64,000 nt of DNA from Pseudovirgaria hyperparasitica. Taxonomy: Eukaryota. The stretch lies in NCBI GenBank assembly GCA_010093815.1, contig ML996588.1; one strand, given 5' to 3'. Made by a program: the position numbers and the translations under genes. Below, piece by piece: positions 38,123-51,662 of the stretch (position 1 is the stretch's first letter; every line of letters starts with the position of its first letter). The notes below the pieces were generated by a model. It was not told the DNA's origin. It saw nothing but the letters and a program-made list of their open reading frames with translations, and did not search any database.

Positions 38123-40870
38123 TATCTTCATTTATTTACTTTCTTGACGCGTCGTGACTCCTTAATTCGTCTATACTATTATTATCCGTGGTATTAAGTA
38201 TTGAGTCTATCTACTCGTATAATTCATTACCGCTAGTAATTATAACGTTATTGTTAACGTCATAGTTGCTATTACTATTATAAGTGTTCTTAGCGCCAAC
38301 CTTATTACTATTACCTTCGCCTAGGTCTTACATTCTATTCTAAAATTAGTATAATTCTAGGTTATAGTTAAATACCGGGGGAGGTAGATTATCGATAAGA
38401 ATATCCTAAGTAGTCTTATTCGAGAGATCGCCGTCTACTTTAGAAAGTTATACACGAGTAACTACTTTAGAGCCTTTATTAATAATATAATTAGCCGCCT
38501 TAGTATACTTAATCTATGGTATTAAGTCGTTAACCTTAGAATTACTATCACTAGATATAAGGGTACTAGCGCCCTAAACCTTATCTAATATTCTATTAAA
38601 CTTATCCTTATTAAGGAGATCTCGAGTAGATACCTAAGTAAGTTTACCTATAGCTATAGATAGACTATTTATCTAGTCTAGTCTTATTCTATTACTCTAA
38701 TTAGGCTTAAACTAACGCGAATCTTTAAGTAGATTATACTAGATAGCCCTTAGTTTATTAATTATCTTACGTACTTAGAGTATATTGCGAGTTTCTCGTC
38801 GCGCTAAGCTCGTAGCCATCTCCTCGATATTACTATTCTTATCTCTTTAACTAAGTGTCTTATATACGTTATACCCGGCTTCTTTAAACTTAAGACTAAA
38901 GCCGTAGAGTACGTCTCCGTTAAGTATATCCCTAAATAGTATATAGCGGTACTAGAGGTAGCGATAGGGTAGGATATACCTTCTAAAAAAAAGGTAGTTA
39001 TAGTTAATAGAGTCTCTCTACGGCTTTAACGCTATACCGTTATTAACTTTACGTTAAGCGAATTAAATCTCTATACCTAGAAGCTTCTAAAATAGTAGAG
39101 GAAAGTCTTCTAAGCCTAGATATTAACGACTTAAGCTAAGTGTTTTAGTATAGAACTTAGTTACTCGTTTTCTACTCCTTATATCCTAACTTTTAACTTA
39201 CTAATCGAGCGCTAGAATAAGGCTAGTAATAGAGAACTTCGCCATTATCTTCTTTATCGCTAGGGTACGTGCTTTAATTATAGAGTGCTAGGCTTTAATA
39301 ATATTCGTGGTCGTAATCTAAAGTAATATAGGTAAGTATTACCGTGTAAATATCGCCTATAGATACTTCTTTAGCGTCTAATATACCTATATATACTTAG
39401 GTAAGTTAAATAGTAGCTTTTTTAAACGACGTTTACCTTCTACTCGTAGATTTAGGCCATTTTAAGTATCTTAAGGTCGTATATTAGTCGTTAATAGTAG
39501 TATAGAGTTATAAATAGATACTATAGATACCGTTAAGGATATTTTCCCCCACTTCGCGCTAGGCTTTTTAGAGCTAGAGAGTTGCCTTTTAGCGTTGGTA
39601 GACGTCTTAGTAGTAGAACGCATAGACGAATTTCTATTACTACTTTTTATAGCTTACTTAACTTCGAATTAACGCTCGGAATCTCTCTATAAATCTACGA
39701 GTCTCGCCCTTATCGCTACTACCCTCTCCTACTTCTTAATCGCTAGTATCTCTAAGGGATTTAGGTACTTTAGATCTCGTAGACACGCACGTATCGTAGT
39801 AATATTTATCGCCTTATTAAGCGACTTATTATAACCAATTTACGTATACTAATATATCGCCTATTTTAATAATCTCTATATATCTATATCCTTTACCTTT
39901 TCCTTAATTATATACTAAGAGTATACTATATAAAGGAACTATATTAGCTTTATTATACCCTCCTTAATACTAGGAAAAGCTTTATAAATTACGCGCTACT
40001 TAGCCGCCGAGTTATCCGTAAGGAAGTACCTTAGGTACTAGCTATTACCACGAGGTTAAATCTTACGATACTAACGCCTTAGCGTCTTTATAATAGTAGT
40101 AAGTATTCTACTCTTCTCTAACGTAGATAGTACGTATATACACGGGAGATAAGTATAAAGAGTAAAGACGTGGGATAGCAGTCTAATAGTTCATAGAGAG
40201 ACATAGGAATGTATTTATGGAGTAATCTTACTCTTATACGAGGTTGATTCCTAACGAGCAGGAATCGGTTTATGCGGTCCACTTATATAGTAATATCGCT
40301 TAACTCAGCTAACTTAACCTAGCTCTAGCCACTACGTGGCTATATGGATTAGAATAGTCCATATAGATCCATTATAGTTCCCGTCCTAATAATATCCTTC
40401 TTCTTTTTATGCTTCGCCCCGAAGTACTTAAGTATATATAATCCTAAGTCTCTATAATCTATCGTGTACCTATATATCCGTGACTAAGTTTCTATAACGT
40501 TATAACCATCCTTAATATAGGTGAACTCGAGATTCTAGTTTACTTTTACTAGTTCATGTACGCGCTCATCCCTTGCTTCGTGGCTACTACCTAGGACATA
40601 TAATTACTACTTTAGTCGAGTATATATTTAGCTTCGCTCGCCTTTGATTTTATTCTCTAGTATATCCACCTCGCTCTTAAGGTAAGTCGTTAATTCATAT
40701 ACTATCTTCCCTAGTTTAGGTTTAGAAGGGTCTGTAGTGGTCTATTCTTATTAGAACCGGTCCTATATAACCCATTCGCGTTATTACGGTTACTAATTTA
40801 GCTTCGTTAATCGCCGTTAAGGGTGGACGAATATTCCTTTCTTAGATCTCCAGCTAACGTATATATATAG

Positions 40871-42183
40871 ATGTCTAATACTAGTCCTATCTCTAAGCCT
40901 ACCTCCTCCTCTCATAAGACTCGCTCTAAAGGTATCGCCTCCTCCCCGGCCACGCCGGCTAAGAAGCCTACCCATCGCGGTAGCATAAAGGCGCGCTCTA
41001 AGTCGGAGAAGAGAGTAGCCAGGGCTGCTGCTATTACTACCTCTATTACTAATGTGGCCACTAGTCGCTCTAATCCAGGTGATCCTAGTACTAAACTTAT
41101 GGATAAAGTGGTCGTAGGTTCTCCTCTCGCTCTAAAGCGCACGCCGCCTACTCTACCTCCTCTAGAGAATGAAGAAGATCTCGTCATAGACGATAATCGC
41201 GAGCCCTCGCGCTTACCCACGCCGCCGCCTCGCCGCTCTTCCTTCCGGTCTAACATGGACCGATTTAGTTACTCTAGGTCCTTTTAGGACCTTAATATTT
41301 ACTCTAAACCCTAGCCTACTAATAATGAGGCCTAGGTCGCTGAGGATACTAAACGTAGTCGCGGTTTACGCCATAGGAAAACGGCGAACTACGGTTCGAT
41401 ATACTATGAGTGTATTAAGGGCTATACGGCCGGCTCTAAATATCTCTTTCGCTCTAACTCTAGTATCAGCTACTACTCTACTAACCGCGACGGGCCTATA
41501 CGCCCTATCTTTACTCTACCTACCCGCTACCGCCGCTATACCGTGACTAGTAAGACTTGTCTATAGGTAAGTATAATAGGCTATCTTAATCTAGTGTAAT
41601 CTAAAGTAGTCCGCGCTAATATATTCTTAGGTTCCTATGCGTATATAAGATATATATAACGACCTTCGCGTCCGCGAGACCCTCGGGGGTCCTTATAGCC
41701 GCCTACCTACTATATAGAGGGAGTTTAGGGAGCGCTACAAGCTCTTCCTAGAGGTTATTAAAGTATAAGTTACGAGCACGTTAATTGTTTTTAACATCTA
41801 TTAATTTTTCTAGCCGCCGCGAGATCCCTAGCGCCTAGGCTACCTATTCTAGAGAGTCTATCCTAGCCATAGAGGCCGTAGAGAGGATTCGCTCTATCCC
41901 CCTCCGTCTATCTCGCGCTACTAACGGATCTCGTAAGAGGTCTACTATTTCTCCCTCTAAGTCGCCTCGTAAGAGGGTATATATTCCCTTCTAGATTATT
42001 CTAGATCGTGTTAGCTAACTTTAGACCTAGTCGCTACGCTCCGGCGCTTAAGGCTCTTCCCTCCAGGCTCTAACGGATCGGGTTATTACTCTAGAGGCTA
42101 AGGTCGTCGTCCTCCGCTACTATATCGTGCGGTTAGAGAGGACTATACTAGAGGTTAGGACGGATAATAAGATAGAGGAGTAG
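40871..42183 (+). pseudogene. Antisense accessory gene of Gypsy-2: basic/Ser-Pro N-terminus, Cys cluster, introns, C-terminal coiled coil; RIP-mutated
   Basis: ORF 40871..41287 continues past TAGs to (C)YECIKG...(C)...R(C)RR(C)TVTSKTCL, then intron GTAAGT 41567-41630 (CTAAT branch point). It ends DRVITLEAKVVVLRYYIVRLERTILE...EE* at 42183. Confidence 0.6.
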
Positions 42184-43361
42184 CTCTATGGTTCTAGCTC
42201 TATAGGTTTAGCTCTATGCCTAGCTCTATATATTCTAGATCTACTATAGGTGGTGCGCGCCGGCTCTGTTTGCCTAGCTTTTATCCATTTTAGTCCTTTT
42301 TAGACCGTTTAGATACCCGTCGGCTAGTTTCTAGCAATTTAATTCTTAACTTAACGATATTATATATGCGCTCGCTTAGCTTATAACTATCGGTTTCTAT
42401 ATTCTAATTTTCCTTAAGTTACCTAAGTGTGGGCACCGTATATAAATTAGTTTATCTCTATAAATTCCATCAGAGCACCCGAACTAGTGGCCTAGTAGTT
42501 ATCGGTTCGGGTACTCTAACTTTTTATGTTTCGTGTTAAGAGTTTAATTCTATGGTAGGGTACCTTTTTTTAGGTTCTTGGTCCTATGTTTTTCTCGTGT
42601 ATAATAGTCCATATTAGTCCATTCTAGACTCTTCTATGTTATTCTATTATGGTATGTCGCGTCGTGTTCCTAAAATGGTTGTTTACGCTTTCTTCGCGTC
42701 TAGTAACTATACGACGCTTAAATTATGGGGCTGCCATATAGAGTTTTCCTAGTGCGCGTCTAGATTTCCTGGTTTGGCACTTCGTTCTCTATAGTATTCT
42801 TCTTCTTTTTACGACGACCGCGACGTCGCTATACTTATATTAATAATGCGCTATTCTGTATCTTTTGCTTATACGTAGCCATTATAGAACTTAAGATATA
42901 TACCGCTGGTTCCTAGGTGTCCTCGTCCTTAGTATAGTCCTTCTAACGGATTCTATATTTCTAAACACCGTCTTTATCGATCCCATGTTCGATAATATGG
43001 TCCACTTTAAACACGTCTAGTCTATCTTAGGGTATAATAGAGTGTAACTACACGTTAGTGCGGCCATACACGTTAGGTTAAAATCTTTCGAGTAGTGAGA
43101 CGTGGAACACGTTATAGATTCTTATATCGCTTCCTAAGTCGAGCTCGTAGGCTCTTATACTAATATAACGTTTGATTCGGAAGGGACCAGCCATTTTATA
43201 ATTAAGCTTCTTATTTACTCGCGACGTTCGTATATTACGGACGTTAAGAAGGACCTCGTCGCCCTCCTCGTACGTCTAATCCTTAGCTAACCTATTATAG
43301 TACTTTATATACGAGTCGTTTACTTATTAGATTATAGCGCGATAGTTACGTACGGTTTCGA

Positions 43362-44041
43362 NNNNNNNNNNNNNNNNNNNNNNNNNNNNNNNNNNNNNNN
43401 NNNNNNNNNNNNNNNNNNNNNNNNNNNNNNNNNNNNNNNNNNNNNNNNNNNNNNNNNNNNNNNNNNNNNNNNNNNNNNNNNNNNNNNNNNNNNNNNNNNN
43501 NNNNNNNNNNNNNNNNNNNNNNNNNNNNNNNNNNNNNNNNNNNNNNNNNNNNNNNNNNNNNNNNNNNNNNNNNNNNNNNNNNNNNNNNNNNNNNNNNNNN
43601 NNNNNNNNNNNNNNNNNNNNNNNNNNNNNNNNNNNNNNNNNNNNNNNNNNNNNNNNNNNNNNNNNNNNNNNNNNNNNNNNNNNNNNNNNNNNNNNNNNNN
43701 NNNNNNNNNNNNNNNNNNNNNNNNNNNNNNNNNNNNNNNNNNNNNNNNNNNNNNNNNNNNNNNNNNNNNNNNNNNNNNNNNNNNNNNNNNNNNNNNNNNN
43801 NNNNNNNNNNNNNNNNNNNNNNNNNNNNNNNNNNNNNNNNNNNNNNNNNNNNNNNNNNNNNNNNNNNNNNNNNNNNNNNNNNNNNNNNNNNNNNNNNNNN
43901 NNNNNNNNNNNNNNNNNNNNNNNNNNNNNNNNNNNNNNNNNNNNNNNNNNNNNNNNNNNNNNNNNNNNNNNNNNNNNNNNNNNNNNNNNNNNNNNNNNNN
44001 NNNNNNNNNNNNNNNNNNNNNNNNNNNNNNNNNNNNNNNNN
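43362..44041. other. Assembly gap (N run) within the Gypsy-2 integrase region
   Basis: 680 N bases. Confidence 1.
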
Positions 44042-47000
44042 TAGTACTAACGAATTAAGCTTAGGGTACGTACATACCTAAAGTATCCTACTAGGTTAGC
44101 GTTATGGTATCGGCTAACTACGTTAAATCGCGCGTTGCCCGTCGGCATATAGCACTTTCTATCGTAGTAAAGTAAGCCGTCCACGAAGGTCTACTTATAG
44201 TCTACTTTAGTCTATAATAACCTATCTTGCTATATTTTATATAACTTTAAAACTATCGGGTCTGTCTTCTATAGATCCACGATTAACTAGGCGAGGTTAA
44301 TTGGACATTCACGCCGGGTATTATTGCCCTTCCCGACAGCGCTAATAAATGGTCTACTAGAGACTTCGGTACCGCGTCTTTGGTTACCGGCTTCGGTCTT
44401 AGAGATTTAATTACCGGCATTAATGTTAGTATCTCGCTAATCGCCTAATAACTTAAAATCTAACCTTATCCTTAAGAGTTGGGCCTATAGCTACTCTAGG
44501 ACCCTATGGCTACTATAATTCTAGGCGCCTTCTTTATAGTTAGGTCTTCTTAACATCCCATTAGCTAGATTTATACTTCTAGGTCGATGGTAGATTATAA
44601 AGTAAAAGTTCGCAAGCTACTTAGCCTATTAGACCTATTAACGGTTTAAAACCGTCGTGCTTATAAACCCCTTTAAGTTATAGTAATTAGTTAGTAACTC
44701 GACGTCATGCATAGCACCTTTAAGATAATATTACCACTATTTAAACGACTCTACTATTACTAGTAGCTCTTAGTCATAGATAGTGTATCTAGTCTTAACA
44801 TCGACCATTTTACGTGAGAAGAACGTAACTAGATACCATTAGACCTTTTTAGACTTAGTTAGTCTAGGCTAGGAGAGAATACCTAAGATTATAAATCCTA
44901 ACGCGTCGGTTTCGACGCGGATAGGTTTAGTTAGGTCGAAGTGCACTAGCAATAGAGCAGTTATAAATGCCTCTTTAATTTTCTCGAAGGAGGCCCTTTC
45001 GCCTTCTGACAATTCTATAGGCTACGATTTAATATTACGCTGTTTCTATCTACCGCGGACCGTAATAGACGAATCTATGGTAGTAGTGCGCGCGTTAAGC
45101 GGTACTACTAGCCGGGAGAAATGCTTAACGAATTTTCGGTAGTAATTAGCGAATCCGATAAAGACACGTATGTCTTAAACCGATTTTGGTTTAGGCTAGT
45201 CCACGATAGTAGCGACCCTATCCCTTTCCATAGTTATACCTTAATTAGTAATAACGAAGCTAAGAAAGTTAACGTGGTCCTAGTAGAACTCGTATTTAGA
45301 TAGCTTAATGTATAGCTTGTGTTTTTCTAGCCTATCTAGGACTACGCGTACGTGCTAGATATGTTCTTCTTCGTTATTAGAGAAGATAAGAATGTTATCG
45401 AGGTATATAATGCACGTCATGTCGAGTAGGCCTACCAGCGCGTTATTAATATACGCTTAGAAGGTTCCTAGCGCGTTAGTTAGTCTAAAAGAGACCACTA
45501 TATACTCGAAGTATCTATAACGGGTCCTAAACGCCGTTTTCTACTTATCGCCCTTCTTAATACATAGGCGGTAGTAGGCGTCGCGTAGATCGAGCTTAGT
45601 GAAGATCTTCGCGCGCCCTAGTCTATTAATAGACTCGGAGATAAGAGGTAGTAGGTAACGATTCTTTCGCGTGATGTTATTTAGACTATAGTAGTCGATA
45701 CATAGACGGAGACTCCTATCCTTCTTCTTTATAAAGAGAATTAGAGCTCCGGCTAGGGATATACTAGGCCTAATCCATCCTCGCGTAAGGTTCTTTTCGA
45801 TGTATTCTCGGAGGACCTATAGCTCGGGTTCTAATAGAGGGTAGATGGGTCCGTGTAGAGGTTATTAACTGTCTTCGAGGTTAATAGTAAGGTCGTTAGG
45901 TTAGTATTAAGGTAATTCGGACGAGTCGATCGCTAACACGATATATTAGTATATTTTATACTAATATAGTAGGTTTTCGTCTACTTTAATGCTAAGCTCT
46001 CTATTTTAAGTAAGTAAGAGGACGTAGATGGCGGAGATTACCTTTTCGTAGTCCTTCTAGAATTATTCGTCGTCGACTAGCTATACTAGGTTCTATTATA
46101 GTGGGTACATGCGCCAGCCAGCTGTTTTCTAGATGAAGTCTAGTTTCGGGTTATATTTTTCGAGCTACGGCATACCGAGGATCATGTTAAAGGGACTATC
46201 TACCACGATAAAGGTTGAGTAGTAGGGTTTCCACTTCCCCCCGCTATCCTAGATGCCGTATTTAATAGTATAGGTACCCTACGATTTAATAGGACTATCG
46301 ATACTATAGAAGGTGGCACCTATTAGTACTTAAATATCGACGTTAAGTTCTCGTGCTCGTTAAGTCGATATAACGTTAGTAGCTAAACCGCTATTAAGTA
46401 TTACGGTCTAATATTATCCACGAGGGACCTCGATAGGCCTAGCCTATAGTTTAATATACTAGTTGGCTAGTTATCCCTCTATTTTAGTTACGTCTATAAG
46501 TCGCGAGGGTTCCTCGTAGGTAGTTAGTTTTTTATATTATATACCGGGTAGTTAGGCGCGATGTGTCCTAGCTATTAGCACTTATAGCATATAACTAACT
46601 TAGTATCTATATTAGTATTCGGTGGTTTCCCTAAGCGGCACTTAGGTGCTATATGGCCTATTCTACTATAGGTGTAGTAGGTGACTTTAGGTCATTTATA
46701 TAAGTCGTTTCTCGCGTCTCGATATATTAACTAGTAGAAAGATCTACGGTACGGGCCTCGTCTTCTCGAGTTCGTAGAGTGGTAGCGCCCACGAGGTGTT
46801 CCGCGCGATCTATTACTAAACCGGTCCTCTTTAGACGATTTCGCATCGGATTAGATTAATAGGGATAGTCGTGCGCCTGTACGACGTTAGTTATTTATTA
46901 TACGCTAATGTCGTTCTGCGAGATTCGCGAGTGCCTAAAGGTCGGTAGAGATAGACGTTATAAAGTCGATGCGTTCCTTTACGCTCGGGTTAAGGGACCT

Positions 47001-49407
47001 TTTAAAGTCGTCGTATTATCGAACCATGCGATCTTCCTAGGCTTCTCTCTAAAGAGGTCGGAGGTATTTAAGGAGTTATAACGGGGATTATCTCTCTTAC
47101 TATTAAGTCTTAAAGATATGGCTCTAAGCCTATTCGCGTCGCTCGGCTCTATCGCCGAAGTATTAAAGAAGGAATTCGGTGAACGTGTCCTAGTTATGCG
47201 CATCCTTAGGGTATTTAATTCGATGTGCTATCCAACGTTCAGATAGCGTTAGGTCTAGGTAGTTCTATGCGAACCTAATCTTATTACTATCGTTCGTAAA
47301 TAGGTGGAAGAATCGGCTATACTAGTAAGCCTATTTATAAAAGCTCCTCCTAGTTTTACCGTCGAAGTAAGGTAGTTTCTTAGGCCGAGGTAACTAGGAT
47401 AGTAATAGACTTAGTTAGACTATTTCGGCTTAAGTTAGTCCATATTAGTGTAGGTTAGTTACTACTAGCACTAAAGCGTGTAGTACGGCTTCGAGTCTAG
47501 TAGTTCGTCCTTATACTTCGTCGAGTTCGCGAAGTTACTACTCGAGCTAAGCCTAATACTACCTCTCCGCGTGTAGCTTAGTATATACATTATCGTAAGG
47601 CGTGGTTAACGTTAGTCGGTTCTAATAAATTAATTCGTTAACGTTAATAGGGTCTAGTCTTATAGTAAGGATGGGTCTAGTATAGTATGAACTAGACCGC
47701 GATAGAGTATAATAGACTCCTTCCTTATTATCTAGGTAATCTTCTATAGTTATACGGAATGCCGTACTAGTTATTAGTACGATAGCCTATAGGGTATACT
47801 TATTAGTAGAGGTGGTCGTAGGGAGACTATTCTCTTTATTTAGATTTAGAGAGAGTCTCTCGTGTAAGGTAGTGCCACGGGTATTATAGCGCGTAGTAGG
47901 AGCTATCTCTATAAGCTACCGTCGTGCTATATAGAGAGGAATTAAAATATAAAGAGTGAAGACGTGGGATAGTAGTCTAATAGTTTATAGAGAGATATAG
48001 GAATGTATTTATAGAGTAATCTTACTCTTATACGAGGTTGATTCCTAACGAGCAGGAATCGGTTTATACGGTCTACTTATATAGTAACATCGCTTAACTT
48101 AGCTGACTCAACCTAGCTCTAGCTACTACGTGGCTACATGGATTAGAATGGTCCATACAGGTCCATTATGGTTCCCGTCCTAACAATAAGAACCATAGAA
48201 GTCGCGAATTATCTAGGTATATAGATACTATCTTAACTTATTAGTTCTATAGGTGGCGTCTATTAAGGTAAGTTCGCCGTAGTTAATTAGCTACTCTAGT
48301 TGGTATTTCTAGACGAATACTAATAAAGATTTAATACTAGTTCGGTCATAGCGATAAGCGACAACTCTCTTATACCTCTAGTTACAATCTCTAAGCACCT
48401 CCTTAGCCTTATCTAGCTAACTATTAGCGCTTAGAGTATTACCCTAAAGTAGTCGATTAGGGCTATAGTTAACTACTTAAGCCTAGTTATAGATTTACCG
48501 TATAGTAAGGTAATTACCGCCAGCCTTACTAAGTTTAGAAACCTTACGTCCTATCTATAGATTCTTAAGACTCTAATAAAGATAAGCCTTTAATAGGCTT
48601 GGATTTAGCCTTATTATCTCGACTATACGATTACGTAAGCCATCGTTAAGCTTTAGACTATTAATACAATTAAGACTATAAGAGTACTTAGCTCTTCTTT
48701 AGTATTTTACTATTCTAATACTACTAGTAGTATTAAAAAACACTCGTATACTAGCTCTATACTACTTACTATTACGGATAGACTTTATTAAGGCCTTACG
48801 GAGGTTCTTAGGCGGACGAGGAGTATTAGTCTTACACTTAAGATAATAATTAAAGAAGGTAACCTTAATACCCTTAATAATCTCTATAGATTTCTTACTC
48901 TACACGTTACTAATGTATAGCTAGTAGGTATTCTACTACTATTATATTAATATAAGGCCATTAGATAGCGTGAATAACCTCTCTCTCTACTATATAATAC
49001 GCCCTAGGTTATTAAGGCTAGCGTGGTGATAGCGCTTAGTATAAGGTTACTTCTAGATAGCGATAGATAGTATAATATAAGTAATAGTAGACTACTAGCT
49101 TAGTGCCTAAGTTAAGGAAGTAGAGTTAGAAACGGTACTACCTAATTCGGTAGTATTCTAAGATTCTATAGCATTATGATCGCGAGATTCAATAGGTATA
49201 ATAACTTCTAGTAGCTATCTATTAGCTAATTCGGTAATAGTAACGTTACTAATAACAAGGTTAACGAGTTAAAGTATATTAGCTTTAACTTATAGAGTAG
49301 TATAAGATATCTTAACCTTAATATTAATAAGAATATACTAATATAGGTAGATTTACGGTATTAAAAGATAAGGAAATAGTAAGACGGTAATAAGGTATAA
49401 CACGAGG

Positions 49408-49617
49408 AATGAAGATAATAAAGATAAATAAGTATAGTATATGCTTGGTAAGTCTCGGGTATCCCTCGATCCGAATACCCTATATAAAATTATATAGAGC
49501 GTCTGGATCTACTAACCTGCTTAGTCTATATATTATATTCCGTACGCAGACGTTACATTCCGTCACATTCTGTACGCACAAATACGCATTTATACGCTGG
49601 ACGCTTGAGGAACCCTC
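49408..49617 (-). repeat. Right TIR of MULE
   Basis: Reverse complement of 37923-38122, with a short (~10-bp) extra segment. Confidence 0.9.
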
Positions 49618-49621
49618 CGCT

Positions 49622-49658
49622 ACGCGCACCTGGCCCGGCCCATGACGCGTCTCACGCG
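49622..49658. promoter_or_regulatory. MCB-like elements upstream of Pol32
   Basis: ACGCGT at 49645-49650, with ACGCG at 49622 and 49654, upstream of a DNA replication gene. Confidence 0.55.
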
Positions 49659-49712
49659 CCCAACACAGAAGACTTTGCCATCATCGACATATGATCCAGC
49701 CAGGCATCCAGA

Positions 49713-51290
49713 ATGGCAGACAAATACAAAGAATATCTCACGGCAAATGTCCTCGATGAAGGGAGACCGGTAAACATGTCCATCTGACGCAGCATACTAA
49801 TTCTGACCCTAACAGATCACTTATCGCTTGCTCAGTAGAGCCCTAAGAGTTCATGTTGATCTGGCAAAACAGTAAGCTCCGAAGTCTTCGCAGATTGCCA
49901 AAGCTCACATCCGGTCTAGAATGCTGTACGACTTCTATCAGAAACAGAACGCAAAGAACTCAGGGTGTCTGCACGCTACCTACATAGTCTCGGGCACACG
50001 ACAAATGAGGGAGCGAAAACTCGCCAATGGAGTACAGTCGTATGATGGAGGACACAGATTCATGCAAAGTAGCCCTTCTATGAGGCCTGCGCCAAGAGAG
50101 GAAGAGAAAGAGGAGACGATATCCACAATTTCTGTTGTCACATTGGTCACTGAAGAACAGCTGGAAGGTACACCATTCATCTCAAGAACTAGCCGGATAC
50201 CGCTAACCTTTCATTCTCCCAGATGCAAAATCTAGCCTGGACAAAATTACAAGCTTACATGTCTACAGTCTACAGCCAGGATCCATTGAGGTAGGTACCC
50301 TGTGTTTGGTGACCATAATACAAATACTGACCTGTCCTCCAGAATGTTCATATCCTCTCGGTTTGTAACCAAGAAGTGTCAATGAAATATGCTCCGGACG
50401 ATCCTTTGAAGGCATACGAGATATATGGTACAATACATAATCCTGATGCCAGACGAAGGACTATGCGCAGGCAGCCTCCCGCACCTACCCCAGCACCAAG
50501 CAAAAACACTGTCAATACGCCAGCCAAATCCACGTCCAAGCATTCGCCCCCGGCCCCGTCGGATTCAAAAGCTACTGCTGCGCCAGAGCGACGAGGTAGT
50601 ACTGAGGATGGCAGCGCAGTTGTGAGACCGTCGCCGGTGTCAGATGTTTCGCTAAAGAAACCAGAAAACATAAAAAGTGCCTCCAATCGCGGTCAATCAG
50701 CTTTGTTTAAATCGTTTGCAAAGACTCAACCCAAAGTAGCAAAAGCGGCATCTCCAAGAAGATCACCAGCTCCTTCAGCTGAACAAACTGCCCAAGAGGA
50801 CGAAGCTATGGATGATGCAGACGCATCGGATGGAGAAAATGAGGCCGCGGCCATCAAAAAGAGAGAAGCAGCGCAGACAGAACGGAAAACTCGAGTTGAA
50901 AGAGAGGCACAACTACGGAAGATGATGGAAGAGGACGACGAAGAAGATGAGGACGAGCCTATGACCGATTCTCATGAGTCTGAGAAAGTAGAAAGCCAAG
51001 AGAGCGCAATTGACGCAGCGAAGCCAGCAGATTTAGATATCAAAGAGCAGACCGTACGTGTTGAGAATGGTCGGAGACGAGGTCGGAGAAGAGTCATGAG
51101 AAAACGGACCATCAAAGACGAAGACGGCTATCTTGTCACAAAGGAGGAGGCAATATGGGAGTCTTTCTCAGAAGACGAACCGGTGCCAAAGAAATCTAAA
51201 CCCACTCCCTCAACCTCCACTGCAAAGGAACCAAAGAAAGGTAATAAACCAGGACAGGGTGGCATCATGAGTTTCTTCAAGAAGGGATAA
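49713..51290 (+). CDS. POL32: DNA polymerase delta subunit 3 (Pol32 / S. pombe Cdc27 family), multi-exon
   Basis: Spliced N-terminus MADKYKEYLTANVLDEGRP/ITYRLLSRALRVHVDLAKQ/MLYDFY...HATYIVSG; GRRRGRRRVM..KDEDGYLVTKEE..WESFSEDE; C-terminal PIP box QGGIMSFF. Confidence 0.92.
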
Positions 51291-51662
51291 TTTGTTTTCC
51301 TTTGGGATTGCATTGAAGGCGTCCTGTGAGTTAGTATAACTCACGTCATATTTTCTGCCCCACCTCTCCGCCTACTCCACACGACGCGCTTCATGCCGTC
51401 ATGCACTTCGACCATACATCATACATATCAGATATACGACATATGTAACCCGCTTGCAAGCACACGCATCCAGTCCAATCTTCAAACCTCCTCGAAACGT
51501 ACACATCTCAACGTCCTGGTCACGAGTCACTAGTCTGTCAAGCAGCACTCGCGAAAAGATCAGGTCGTCTGTCCCGTCAACACCGCCAAGATATCTTCAC
51601 CAACTCGCACTCGTATTTCTCGACTTCTTCGCGTCATTCAGCCAACAGTATCACGCAAGAGA

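Larger units (their letters stand above)
40154..48185 (-). mobile_element. Ty3/Gypsy LTR retrotransposon (chromovirus) nested in the MULE, RIP-inactivated
   Basis: 238-bp LTRs at 40154-40391 and 47948-48185; 5-bp TSD ATAAG at 40149-40153 and 48186-48190; PPT at ~40395-40409. Two gag zinc knuckles (~46550-46680), protease L(D)SG (~46390), RT CIIYLD(D)ILIFS (~45380-45415), RNase H VETDA (~44910), chromodomain FKVDHII...YRIR(W)KDY..DEDT(W)EP (~42910-43015). Confidence 0.96.
38300..49200 (-). pseudogene. MULE DDE transposase with SWIM zinc finger, RIP-mutated and split by Gypsy-2 (ends approximate)
   Basis: LTLIDATYRTNKL..YLYT..IRDFYGS (48190-48290) continues in frame after removing the insert as YLPC...RYFLTDNSAAK*RVIYKAFP, then FL(C).V(H)S and a SWIM-like C.FFRRYILP(C)R(H) at ~38950-39000. 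Confidence 0.85.
37923..49617 (-). mobile_element. Mutator-like DNA transposon (MULE) with ~200-bp TIRs, carrying a nested Gypsy
   Basis: Inverted termini GAGGGTTCCTCAAGCGTCCAGCGTATAAATGCGTATT at both ends. TSD CGCTACGC at 37915-37922 and 49618-49625, extendable to 10-bp CCGCTACGCG. Internal RIPed MULE transposase. Confidence 0.93.
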
